Below the pieces are notes generated by a model. That model was not told the origin of the DNA, searched no databases, and was given only the letters and a program-made list of their open reading frames with translations. Position numbers and translations under genes: made by a program. Shown here one piece after another: positions 31,913 to 40,713 of a DNA stretch of 64,000 nt. The stretch comes from Bdellovibrionota bacterium (GTDB lineage: Bacteria > Bdellovibrionota_G > JALEGL01 > DATDPG01), in contig OY764265.1 in NCBI GenBank assembly GCA_963668355.1, positions 512,001 through 576,000 on the forward strand. Direction: 5' to 3'. The first letter of the stretch is position 1. Each line of letters opens with the position of its first letter.

Positions 31913-33271
31913 TCAATCCAACCATTTCAGTTCCACGCGACGATTCTTTCTTCTTCCTTCGCGCGTGTTGTTATCTGCAATCGGTTCGGCTTCACCATAC
32001 CCTCTGGCATCCAATCGTCCTCGATCAACCCCTTTGGATACCAAGTAATCCACGACGGAGTTCGCTCGTTGGTCCGAAACCTTCAGATTGATTTGTTCTG
32101 AGCCGGAGCTATCCGTATGCCCTTGGACCTCAACTCGAACTTTCGGGAATTTATTTAACTCTTCCGCGACTCCATCCAGAATCGTCTGAGAGTTGAGCGT
32201 CAAGTCGGCTGATCCCGTCTTGAAGTTCACACCCTGCAATACACCTCTGGCCAAACTGACTTTTGGACAACCCATGGCATCAATGTCTTTTCCAGCTTCG
32301 GTATTGGGACATTGGTCCAAATGATCGGGTACGCCATCCTTATCTGTATCCAATGGACAACCCTTTTCATCTACGGGTGTTCCCGCAGGAGTATCCGGAC
32401 ATTGGTCTTTGTCATCTGAAACACCATCGGTGTCTTTATCCTTGGGACAGCCTTTTCCGTCCACAGGCATTCCTGCCGGTGTTCCTTCACATTGGTCCGC
32501 TCCATCGGGAACCGCGTCCCCATCTGAATCCATCGTGCATCCTTTTTCATTCACCTTAAGTCCCTTGATGGTTCGAGCACATTGATCGATGCCATCAAAG
32601 ACGCCATCTCCATCGGAGTCACTGGGGCAACCTTCAGGATTCACAGTCGCACCCTTAGGGGTTTCGGCACAGGCATCCTTTTTATCCGGAATCCCGTCGC
32701 CATCCGTATCGGCGGGCGGTTTGCCACCAAACAAATAGGTTAATCCAAACATCGCTTCATAATTGTATTGTCGAGCATCCAATTCGCTGACTTCCGTGTA
32801 GACAAATCGACCATCCAATCGAGCGGCCAAGTAATCGGTAAGAAAGACGCGTAAACCACCCCCCGCATTCACGCCCAAGTCGTTGGACTTGAAGGATCCA
32901 TTAACTTTTGTGTATTCCCAACCTAAACCGCCTGTGAGAAACGGTCGAAGTCGTTTGCCCGGCAGGAAGTTATATAAGAGGTTAAATCGAAGTGCGCGAA
33001 GACTGGCACCGTTATTCGTCCCCGTCGCTCGATCCGTATCGGTCCACAACATTTGATAAGAAGGTTCAAAACTCCAATTTTCTTCGAAAAAGTATCCCAG
33101 CCTGACTCCGTACAGAAGGTTCTGCTCGATGTTGTGAGATCCGTAATCGCTGAAAAACGCATATCCCACATAAGGTCCTACTTCGAAATCTCCCTGCTGA
33201 CCTCTTTCAGCAAAGACGGGTAAAGAAAATGAAAGCGTGATTGCAACTGCAAGCGCAAACCGTTTGAACAT
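31913..33271 (-). CDS. OmpA-family outer membrane protein: beta-barrel + five TSP3 Ca-binding repeats + OmpA C-terminal domain
   Basis: Signal peptide, amphipathic strands, DxDxDGxxDxxDxC repeats, GHTD..SDQRA..NRRVE. Confidence 0.92.
   Translation of the reverse strand: MFKRFALAVAITLSFSLPVFAERGQQGDFEVGPYVGYAFFSDYGSHNIEQNLLYGVRLGYFFEENWSFEPSYQMLWTDTDRATGTNNGASLRALRFNLLYNFLPGKRLRPFLTGGLGWEYTKVNGSFKSNDLGVNAGGGLRVFLTDYLAARLDGRFVYTEVSELDARQYNYEAMFGLTYLFGGKPPADTDGDGIPDKKDACAETPKGATVNPEGCPSDSDGDGVFDGIDQCARTIKGLKVNEKGCTMDSDGDAVPDGADQCEGTPAGMPVDGKGCPKDKDTDGVSDDKDQCPDTPAGTPVDEKGCPLDTDKDGVPDHLDQCPNTEAGKDIDAMGCPKVSLARGVLQGVNFKTGSADLTLNSQTILDGVAEELNKFPKVRVEVQGHTDSSGSEQINLKVSDQRANSVVDYLVSKGVDRGRLDARGYGEAEPIADNNTREGRRKNRRVELKWLD
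32265..32710 (-). repeat. Five tandem 30-aa thrombospondin type-3-like repeats (coding)
   Basis: DTDGDGIPDKKDAC, DSDGDGVFDGIDQC, DSDGDAVPDGADQC, DKDTDGVSDDKDQC, DTDKDGVPDHLDQC. Confidence 0.9.
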
Positions 33272-33452
33272 ACTTAAGTCCTTTCACCAAAAAACTGATG
33301 TGACCGCGAATTGAGACTCTTTTATGCTATGGAAACCAAATGAAGTCAATGGGTTAGCATGCTTGGCCGCTTTTCCCGCCCCCAAAGGGCTTTGGGAATA
33401 AAAATATTTTCTCCTAAATTGTAACCAAATTAGTTCTATTTCGAATAAAGCA

Positions 33453-34166
33453 ATGAAGGAGTCCGAGATGAACGTAATTCGAAGTCAAGAACGAGGGTCA
33501 TTTAACAACGAATGGTTGAAAACCTTTCATTCCTTTTCGTTTGCTGGGTATCACAACCCAGAACGAATGAATTTTGGGGATTTGAGAGCCATCAATGAGG
33601 ATTTCATTCAACCGGGTGAAGGCTTTGATCCACATCTTCACAAAAACATGGAAATCATTACGTATGTTTCTGCGGGTGCATTGGCCCATCGAGACAGCAT
33701 CGGAAATGGTTCCGCCATTTACCCCAGTGAAGTGCAGTACATGAGTGCTGGAGCGGGTGTCACACATAGCGAATACAATTCATCGGAAAAAGAGATCACC
33801 CATATTCATCAAATCTGGATCGTGCCCAACCAGATGAATGCCAAACCCCGTTACGATCAAAAGGCTTTCCGAAGAGAAGAAAAAAAGAATCGGTTTTGTC
33901 GAATTGCTTCTCCGGACGGAAGAGAGGGTTCCATCTCCATTCGCCAAGACGCTCATATGTTCGCGACGGTCTTGGAATCCAGGCAAGAATTAACCTACAA
34001 GCTCAAACCCGGCCGAAAAGTTTGGATCCAAGTCATCAAAGGGAACCTCTTTGCAAACGGAGAGGAGCTTTCTGCGGGAGATGGCGTCGGCATTCCGAAC
34101 CATACGAAGATTGAGTTCAAGGGAAATGGAACAGAGTCCGAATTTCTCTTATTTGATTTGCGTTAA
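33453..34166 (+). CDS. Pirin family protein (YhhW-like)
   Basis: HSFSFAGY, HLHKNMEI, HRDS, MSAGAGVTHSE, QIWI. Confidence 0.93.
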   Translation: MKESEMNVIRSQERGSFNNEWLKTFHSFSFAGYHNPERMNFGDLRAINEDFIQPGEGFDPHLHKNMEIITYVSAGALAHRDSIGNGSAIYPSEVQYMSAGAGVTHSEYNSSEKEITHIHQIWIVPNQMNAKPRYDQKAFRREEKKNRFCRIASPDGREGSISIRQDAHMFATVLESRQELTYKLKPGRKVWIQVIKGNLFANGEELSAGDGVGIPNHTKIEFKGNGTESEFLLFDLR

Positions 34167-35462
34167 CTAAATAAGCAAGCCGGCAATGCAGGCGCTGGTG
34201 CAAGAAGCCAACGCCCCGGCAAACATGGCCCGCAAACCGATGGAAGCCAAATCACTGCGACGCTCCGGCGCAATGCCGCCTATGCCTCCCAGCTGAATGC
34301 CGATGGAACCCACATTGGCAAACCCACAGAGTGCGTAGGAGGCAATGACCATCGTTCTTTCCGATATCGCCCCCCCGGATGACAACTCTTGGAGTTTTGC
34401 ATACGCCACAAACTCATTGATCATGAGTTTGCTTCCCAATAAATCTCCCATGGCGGCACAATCGGTCCAAGGAACCCCAAGCAAAAAAGCAAAAGGAGAT
34501 AAGACCTTTCCAAACACCCAAGAAAGCGAAAGCTCGGGTAAACCAATAAAGCCTCCGCACCACCCCAAAAGGCCATTCAAGAGCGCCACAATCGCCAAAA
34601 AGGCAATGAGCATGGCGGCCACATTGATGGCCAAAGACACGCCTTGAGAAGCCCCCGAAGCCGCCGCATCGATCACGTTGGTTGTCTCCGGTTTGTAATC
34701 ACTCTCAACGCCACCCGCAGTTACTGGCTCCTCGGTTTCTGGATAAAACACTTTGGCCAAAGCCAGAGCTGCTGGAGCCGCCATAATGCTGGCCGCCATC
34801 AGATGTCCGGCAATCGTGGGAATCTGAGCTTTGAGCATCGCCACGTATGCAGCCAACACGCCACCCGCCACCGTAGCAAACCCTCCCGTCATGATGGCCA
34901 TGAGTTCGGATTTGGTCATTTCTTTGACGTAAGGACGAACGACCAAAGGGGCCTCGGTTTGTCCGACGAAAATATTTGCAGAAGCCGACAAAGACTCTGC
35001 GCCACTGGTTTTCATGGACTTCGCCATCACCCAAGCCACGGCTCTGACCACTTTTTGAACCCAGCCCAAATGATACAAAATGGCCATGAACGCCGAGAAG
35101 AAAATGATCGTCGGCAAAACAGAAAAGGCAAAAAACGCTCCAGTCTGTGCGACCAGTCCCTGAGCCGATTCAACATTGGCACCCGGGACCTGCCCCGTCA
35201 CCGGAACGTTGTGATTTGTAAGATTTCCAAAAACAAAACTGGCCCCTGCCTGCGTGTAGTCCAAAAAAGAAATGACAACGTCATTGACCGCGGAAAAAAA
35301 ACCTCGACCCACGGCTGTTTTCAACACGATTAGGGCCAAAACAAATTGCAAACCGAATCCCCAGGCCACGGATTTCCATCGGATCGCTTTCCGGTTGTGA
35401 CTAAAAACAAACGCGATGAGAATGATGAAGAGCAAGCCCAACAATGAGATGAAACGTTCCAT
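34167..35462 (-). CDS. nupC: CNT-family Na+/H+ nucleoside transporter
   Basis: LPTIIFF, NIFVGQTEAP, GFATVAG, NEFVAY, LCGFAN. Confidence 0.93.
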   Translation of the reverse strand: MERFISLLGLLFIILIAFVFSHNRKAIRWKSVAWGFGLQFVLALIVLKTAVGRGFFSAVNDVVISFLDYTQAGASFVFGNLTNHNVPVTGQVPGANVESAQGLVAQTGAFFAFSVLPTIIFFSAFMAILYHLGWVQKVVRAVAWVMAKSMKTSGAESLSASANIFVGQTEAPLVVRPYVKEMTKSELMAIMTGGFATVAGGVLAAYVAMLKAQIPTIAGHLMAASIMAAPAALALAKVFYPETEEPVTAGGVESDYKPETTNVIDAAASGASQGVSLAINVAAMLIAFLAIVALLNGLLGWCGGFIGLPELSLSWVFGKVLSPFAFLLGVPWTDCAAMGDLLGSKLMINEFVAYAKLQELSSGGAISERTMVIASYALCGFANVGSIGIQLGGIGGIAPERRSDLASIGLRAMFAGALASCTSACIAGLLI

Positions 35463-35532
35463 GAAAACCCCCTTTGACGCTCCTTAGCAGAGATCTTTCC
35501 GTTCTCCAAGATTCTCAACCTTGCTTAAGAGG

Positions 35533-35560
35533 TTGCAAAACAATGAGTTTTGACTAAATT
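35533..35560 (+). promoter_or_regulatory. Possible sigma70 promoter of tRNA-Leu
   Basis: TTGCAA-N16-TAAATT. Confidence 0.4.
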
Positions 35561-35619
35561 CTCCCCACCAATCGCTAGGATAAAGGATTACGTTTAAGGT
35601 TAATCCTTAATAGCTATTC

Positions 35620-35708
35620 GCCGGGGTGGTGGAATTGGTAGACACACAGGACTTAAAATCCTGAGGGAGGTGACTCCCGTGCCGGTTCGAGTCCGGCCCC
35701 CGGCACCA
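35620..35708 (+). tRNA. tRNA-Leu(UAA)
   Basis: GCCGGGG/CCCCGGC acceptor stem, anticodon arm CAGGA-CTTAAAA-TCCTG, long variable arm, GTTCGAGT, CCA. Confidence 0.97.
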
Positions 35709-35821
35709 TCCGTCTTCGCCTCTTTGAGGCTACGCCGTGATGTTTACAGCAATATTCTGCTTTCTCAGCTTTTTTGTCCCGGCGAAGTGCCTTACACGTA
35801 GCCGGACCCCCGGCACCATCC
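35697..35821 (+). mobile_element. Small insert bounded by a 15-bp direct repeat of the tRNA-Leu 3' end (att-like scar or MITE-like remnant)
   Basis: CCCCCGGCACCATCC at 35697-35711 and 35807-35821; internal CTTCG..CTACG / CGAAG..CGTAG inverted motifs. Confidence 0.6.
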
Positions 35822-35931
35822 AACGTTTAAGGTTAACCTTAAACGTAATCCTTAACCTAAAACAACAGCCTCTTTTGGTTAAAAAACGACCGACTCGTTT
35901 TTTAAAAAGGTTCATGATATGGAGCCGCGCT

Positions 35932-36765
35932 GTGAAGAAATTCCTCGTTATATTAGCTCTACTCGTAGCTCCTGGTTTTGGGTTGGCCTCCGAGAAAATT
36001 CCTGAATCCTGTGTCAAAGGGGGATTCGACCCTGTTACGGTTCCCGCTCCTGTGGATATTGATCGCGTTTTGAAAGATCTTCATGCTGTTCGTACAAAAG
36101 GAGGAAAACAAGCCCTGTCCAATTCAAAACAGCTAGACAAGGAAATCCGAGAGGTTTTCGACACAACGCAAATCAAAACCAAAATGGAACAGTTCTTCCG
36201 CTTGCTTTATGTGGTTTCGCGACACATTCATCCCGACATCAAACATCGCGTGGAGTTTAACCACAAAGATGCTCGCAAACTCCTCCTTTCAGCTACTGTA
36301 TTTTCCGACCCAAAGGTTCCCAATCACATCAATCGCATCCGTGTGGAACGAATTCGAACTGACCAGCCCAAATGGATCGTTGGGTTTGACCAACCCCGAA
36401 CCGATGTCGTGTTGAATAATGGGGAGGGCTTTTTCTTATACAAGAGCGGGAAATGCCAACATGCGAAAAAATTGATTTTTCGGAATCAATTTTCAGTGCA
36501 CTTGCGCATGCAATCTAATGGGAATTTGCTGGCTCAGTATTTCAAAGGTGTGGATCTCTTCGGAGATTTTGGGAACCGCGGCATTGTGGATGTAGACATT
36601 GAATACGTTGAGTTTCGAAAAGTGGAATTCTACAAGGGCACATTCAATGGAAAAGTAACGGCCTACGTGTCCGAGGAAGAATTCAAACAAAACGACCACA
36701 GCATGATCCTTCGATTCATCACACGATTTGTTCCGGACAATACGGTTCAACCCATTGATTGGTGA
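35932..36765 (+). CDS. Secreted hypothetical protein
   Basis: GGAG RBS, GTG start, signal peptide MKKFLVILALLVAPGFGLA. Confidence 0.7.
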   Translation: MKKFLVILALLVAPGFGLASEKIPESCVKGGFDPVTVPAPVDIDRVLKDLHAVRTKGGKQALSNSKQLDKEIREVFDTTQIKTKMEQFFRLLYVVSRHIHPDIKHRVEFNHKDARKLLLSATVFSDPKVPNHINRIRVERIRTDQPKWIVGFDQPRTDVVLNNGEGFFLYKSGKCQHAKKLIFRNQFSVHLRMQSNGNLLAQYFKGVDLFGDFGNRGIVDVDIEYVEFRKVEFYKGTFNGKVTAYVSEEEFKQNDHSMILRFITRFVPDNTVQPIDW

Positions 36766-36838
36766 AATCGTCGTCCCATCCGCCCAAAAATCGGCATTTT
36801 GAATCTCCCTAACCAGTTAATTTTGAAGGAAATACCAT

Positions 36839-36854
36839 TGGTACAGCGATTGCA
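36839..36854 (+). promoter_or_regulatory. sigma54 -24/-12 promoter
   Basis: TGGTACAGCGATTGCA, near consensus, upstream of CDS 36891. Confidence 0.75.
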
Positions 36855-36890
36855 GCCCTACTTTCCCACAAATCTTTTGGGAGAGGGATT

Positions 36891-38114
36891 ATGAAACCGT
36901 TTGGAAAAAATGGCTGCTTCGGAGCGACTTTGCTCGCACTCACAATTATTTCTTTTTCGAGCCCATCTTGGGCCAGCTATCTGAATTCGGTGTGTCAGTG
37001 CACCGCCACCTTCGGAGGTCAAAGTTTTTCAAGTGACCGCATGATTTCACGCATTCACCCAACCGACTCGTCTTCGGCGCTCGACAATTGTCGAAACCGT
37101 GAACTTCTTTGCAAGGCCAAGTGCACTTTTTTCGGGGCCCGTCGGATCCTCATAGGAATGAAGGCAAAAATGCTACCGGGAACACGAACACCACAGATTC
37201 GCATCATGAATACCTCCGTTAGAGAGTTTCTCGACGACTTACTTAACCCTATGGGAATCCGCCAATCCCTCAATGGGAAAAACGGACTCTTTATGGACCT
37301 ATTGCTTCAAGGTAAGGGAGTGACGACCACCATCACGAATCAAATGATGATGGATTGGAATCAAGTCTGGACACAGAATGTGGGAAGGGAAATTCCTCGC
37401 GGGAAGCCCATTGACATTCGAACCCGGTTTCAATGCAAAGACGATGATGGCTCAGGGGGAAAAGGCATCGAATATGAACGTGAATTCAACCAAGTGATTG
37501 AACCCCGTTTGGTCGAAAAGCATTGGCCCCAATTGGAAATGAATGGGCGTCGATTGGTGCTCGACCTAAATCAGGTTTTCCAACCGGTATCGTTCACAAC
37601 GGCCGCACCGGAATCTGTCAATCCTCTCCACAACCAACCATTCTACGTAGAGAAACGGGGTAAACCCGTAAAGGAACAGATGGAGGATCTCAAACAAGAG
37701 TGGAACGACGTTCAACAGCAATTGCAAAACGCACCTTGGTGGGCGAAAGCCGGAGTCTCGGCCTTGGCGGCAGGTCTCATTGTCTGGAAAGTTGGAGGCG
37801 CCATTCCCACAGGAGGGCTTTCCCTCGCTGAACCAGGCACCCCCGCATTAGCCATGGCCGGGATCTCGGCCATCATGGTCGTTGCCGGTGTCGCTGCAAC
37901 TCCCAATCGGGCTTCAGCCACTTTGCTACCGGAAGAACACGTTGAGGTGACATCCTTTGAAAAGCAGAAAGATGGATTTTTCGGAACAGTACTTCTAAAG
38001 GATGGTCTTGAAATGCACTTCGAATTAAACGAGAGTGGCTTTCGCGCATCTGCGAATCATTGGGAATGCTCCTCTGTTGATCCTCAAGCGGCTTCTTGTG
38101 TCGAAAGAGACTAA
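36891..38114 (+). CDS. Secreted Cys-containing hypothetical protein with coiled coil and Gly/Ala-rich hydrophobic hairpin
   Basis: Signal peptide ending SWA; CQC..C..C...C; EDLKQEWNDVQQQL then AGVSALAAGLIVW-IPTGGLSL-ALAMAGISAIMVVAGVAA. Confidence 0.65.
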   Translation: MKPFGKNGCFGATLLALTIISFSSPSWASYLNSVCQCTATFGGQSFSSDRMISRIHPTDSSSALDNCRNRELLCKAKCTFFGARRILIGMKAKMLPGTRTPQIRIMNTSVREFLDDLLNPMGIRQSLNGKNGLFMDLLLQGKGVTTTITNQMMMDWNQVWTQNVGREIPRGKPIDIRTRFQCKDDDGSGGKGIEYEREFNQVIEPRLVEKHWPQLEMNGRRLVLDLNQVFQPVSFTTAAPESVNPLHNQPFYVEKRGKPVKEQMEDLKQEWNDVQQQLQNAPWWAKAGVSALAAGLIVWKVGGAIPTGGLSLAEPGTPALAMAGISAIMVVAGVAATPNRASATLLPEEHVEVTSFEKQKDGFFGTVLLKDGLEMHFELNESGFRASANHWECSSVDPQAASCVERD

Positions 38115-39478
38115 ATCACGCCGATCTTGTTGAGAAAAACAAGAATCAAGCCTACGGGTGTGACAAATCGCAGAAAAAAGAGCCAAAGCCGATAGGACCA
38201 CCAAAAGGGAGCTTTGATGGAAAATTCTTTATGGCGAATATCATCCGGGAAAGCCCACCCACAAAAGGCTGCAATCAATAAGCCTCCCATCGGCAACAAC
38301 CAATTCGACGCAAGATAATCCATGCTATCAAACAAATTCATTCCCAAGACGGGAACTCTCACATCCGCCAAAAGGCCTCCGGAGAGAGCCGGGAAAATGC
38401 CCAACAGAAAAATGACTCCGCCTGCGACCAAACTGCCTGTATGACGTTTTACAATCTTGGAATCCACAACATAAGCAATGCCAACTTCCAGAAGGGAAAT
38501 GGCGGACGTCAACGCAGCCACAAACAACAACAGGAAAAACAAGATGGAGACAATGTAACCTCCAGGCATCTTAGAAAACACGACGGGAAGCGTTTGAAAC
38601 ACCAATCCTGGACCGGAAGCGGGCTCAAGGCCATGAGAAAATACAATGGGAAAAATGACTAGGCCTGCCAAGAGGGCAATGAGTGTATCGAAGCCAACCA
38701 CGGCAATGGCCGGCCGAGCCACATCGACGTCTTTTTGCAAGTAGCTGCCATAGGTCATCATGGCTCCCATTCCAAGGGAGAGGGAAAAGAAACCTTGCCC
38801 AACCGCTTCCAAAATTCCCGTAGCGTTCAATTTGGAAAAATCTGGATAAAACAGAAACCGGATTCCTTGAGCTGCCCCTGGGGAAAGCAAGGAATTCACC
38901 AATAACACGAGGAGTAGAACGAAAAGCAAGGGCATCAAAAATTTCGTAGATTTCTCAATACCGCCTTTTAGGCCTCGCCAAATGATTCCAGTCGTCAAGA
39001 CCATCACGATGAAATGCCAGAAGAGATTCATGGATCCGTTGGCGTAGAGCTGAGAAAAATACCCCGATACCCTTTCCGAACCCTCTCCGACAAATTTTCC
39101 CATCACAGAGAGATACAAGTAGTGCAGGGTCCAACCCGCCACAACGCTGTAATACGAAAGGATCAAGAAAGCCGCCGAAATGGTCAGAACCCCAACATAT
39201 CTCCATCGACTCCGCTCACCTTTGATTTTCTTAAACGCAGGAATGGGAGAAAGTTGGGTACTCTTTCCAACCATGATTTCAGCGGCCATGAGTGGCAGCC
39301 CCACCAACAAGATCGTCAGGAGGTACACCAACACAAACGCCCCGCCTCCATACTTTCCCGTTACGTAGGGGAACTTCCAAATATTTCCTAAACCAATTGC
39401 ACTTCCAGCAGCCGCCAACACAAAGGCAAATTTTGAACCCCAGTGGGGACGTTGCGGTTTGGAAGGTTCAATATCCAT
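38111..39478 (-). CDS. Na+-dependent NSS/SNF family transporter
   Basis: WGSKFAF..AAGSAIGLGNIWKFP, GGGAF, GQGFFSLSLG, GPGLVF. Confidence 0.94.
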   Translation of the reverse strand: MDIEPSKPQRPHWGSKFAFVLAAAGSAIGLGNIWKFPYVTGKYGGGAFVLVYLLTILLVGLPLMAAEIMVGKSTQLSPIPAFKKIKGERSRWRYVGVLTISAAFLILSYYSVVAGWTLHYLYLSVMGKFVGEGSERVSGYFSQLYANGSMNLFWHFIVMVLTTGIIWRGLKGGIEKSTKFLMPLLFVLLLVLLVNSLLSPGAAQGIRFLFYPDFSKLNATGILEAVGQGFFSLSLGMGAMMTYGSYLQKDVDVARPAIAVVGFDTLIALLAGLVIFPIVFSHGLEPASGPGLVFQTLPVVFSKMPGGYIVSILFFLLLFVAALTSAISLLEVGIAYVVDSKIVKRHTGSLVAGGVIFLLGIFPALSGGLLADVRVPVLGMNLFDSMDYLASNWLLPMGGLLIAAFCGWAFPDDIRHKEFSIKAPFWWSYRLWLFFLRFVTPVGLILVFLNKIGVI

Positions 39479-39485
39479 AGAATCC

Positions 39486-40646
39486 CTAAGGCATGACTTG
39501 TTGAAGATACTTTCGTTCTCCGTTGCTCACTTGAAACACCAGTGCCGGTTTGATGGCATCTCGGTTCTCATCTAGCGTGATGGACCCCGTGACACCCGGA
39601 AAATCTTTCGTCTTAGCGATTGTATTTTTGAGCACGGTTCGATCCAAATTCGGAACTTTTTTCAGACTTTCCAGCAATACGCGTGTGGCATCGTATCCAA
39701 GAGCAGCCAAAGCGTCTGGAACCACGCGAAAGCGATTCTTAAATTTTTTCACAAACGTACGAAGCCTCGAATCTCCGGTATGAGGCCAATAATGCCCAGT
39801 GTAATAGCTCCCTTCGAGAATGTCTTTCTGGGATTGAAAGAAATCCGTCGCATCCCACCCGTCGCTTCCCGCAAAAGGAAGGTCAATATTCATTTTTCGT
39901 GCCTGCCCTACGACCAAGCCAATTTCAGAATAATACCCGGGGAGATAAATCAGCTCCGGTTTGGATTTTCGAATGCGATTAAGGGATTTCGAAAAATCAA
40001 CACTTCCCGAACGATAGGATTGCACCGTCGTGATCTCGCCCCCCAACTCCACAAACTTCTCTTTGAAATACTCGGCCAAGCTCACGCTGTATTCATTGGT
40101 TTGGTTTTTTAAAATGGCGACGCGTTTTTTCTTCAAGACATCCTTCACAAAACGGGCCATCACGGCACCTTGAAAAGGATCAATGAAGCAAACCCGAAAA
40201 ATATAATCTCCCACCTGAGTGACTTTGGGATGCGTCGAACTCGGGCTGATCAAAGGCGTTTGATGTGCCTGGGCAATGGGAGCCATGGCCAATGACCGAG
40301 AACTCGCCACCGAGCCCAACACGGCCATGACATGATGGCTTTCAATGAGCTCCTGAATGGATTTCTTAGCCCCCTCCACGGATCCACGACTGTCTTTTAG
40401 AAAGAGTTGAACGTTTCTTCCCTGAATCCCACCCTTCGCATTCACTTCTTCAATCGCCAGCTCAATGCCCCGGCGAGTTCCTTCTCCAAACCGGGATTCA
40501 CTTCCTGTCAGAGCCAAAACAGCCCCAATTTTCAACGCATTGGTGTTCCCAACGTCCGCTCTTCCCCAAGAAGAAGAGGCCGTCCCTGCGAGAAAAACGA
40601 AAAACAAAACAAGCCCAATGACCGATCGACTCAAATGCGAAAACAA
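39486..40646 (-). CDS. Periplasmic branched-chain amino acid-type substrate-binding protein (LivK/LivJ-like), no adjacent ABC permease
   Basis: KIGAVLALTG, NAKGGI.GR, YIFRVCFID, DGW, ALGYDA, GVTG. Confidence 0.88.
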   Translation of the reverse strand: MFSHLSRSVIGLVLFFVFLAGTASSSWGRADVGNTNALKIGAVLALTGSESRFGEGTRRGIELAIEEVNAKGGIQGRNVQLFLKDSRGSVEGAKKSIQELIESHHVMAVLGSVASSRSLAMAPIAQAHQTPLISPSSTHPKVTQVGDYIFRVCFIDPFQGAVMARFVKDVLKKKRVAILKNQTNEYSVSLAEYFKEKFVELGGEITTVQSYRSGSVDFSKSLNRIRKSKPELIYLPGYYSEIGLVVGQARKMNIDLPFAGSDGWDATDFFQSQKDILEGSYYTGHYWPHTGDSRLRTFVKKFKNRFRVVPDALAALGYDATRVLLESLKKVPNLDRTVLKNTIAKTKDFPGVTGSITLDENRDAIKPALVFQVSNGERKYLQQVMP

Positions 40647-40713
40647 GGGACCCCCTCACATGTCATGTCCATACATTTCATTTGTTTGGCGGCTAAGAGC
40701 CGCAATTTGGTCA

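Larger units (their letters stand above)
35583..35853. repeat. Perfect 21-bp inverted repeat enclosing tRNA-Leu
   Basis: AAGGATTACGTTTAAGGTTAA (35583-35603) and TTAACCTTAAACGTAATCCTT (35833-35853). Confidence 0.9.

Noticed and set aside
35737..35931. Upstream extension of CDS 35932
   Set aside because: Reads through the tRNA repeat and palindrome; signal peptide and RBS begin at 35932
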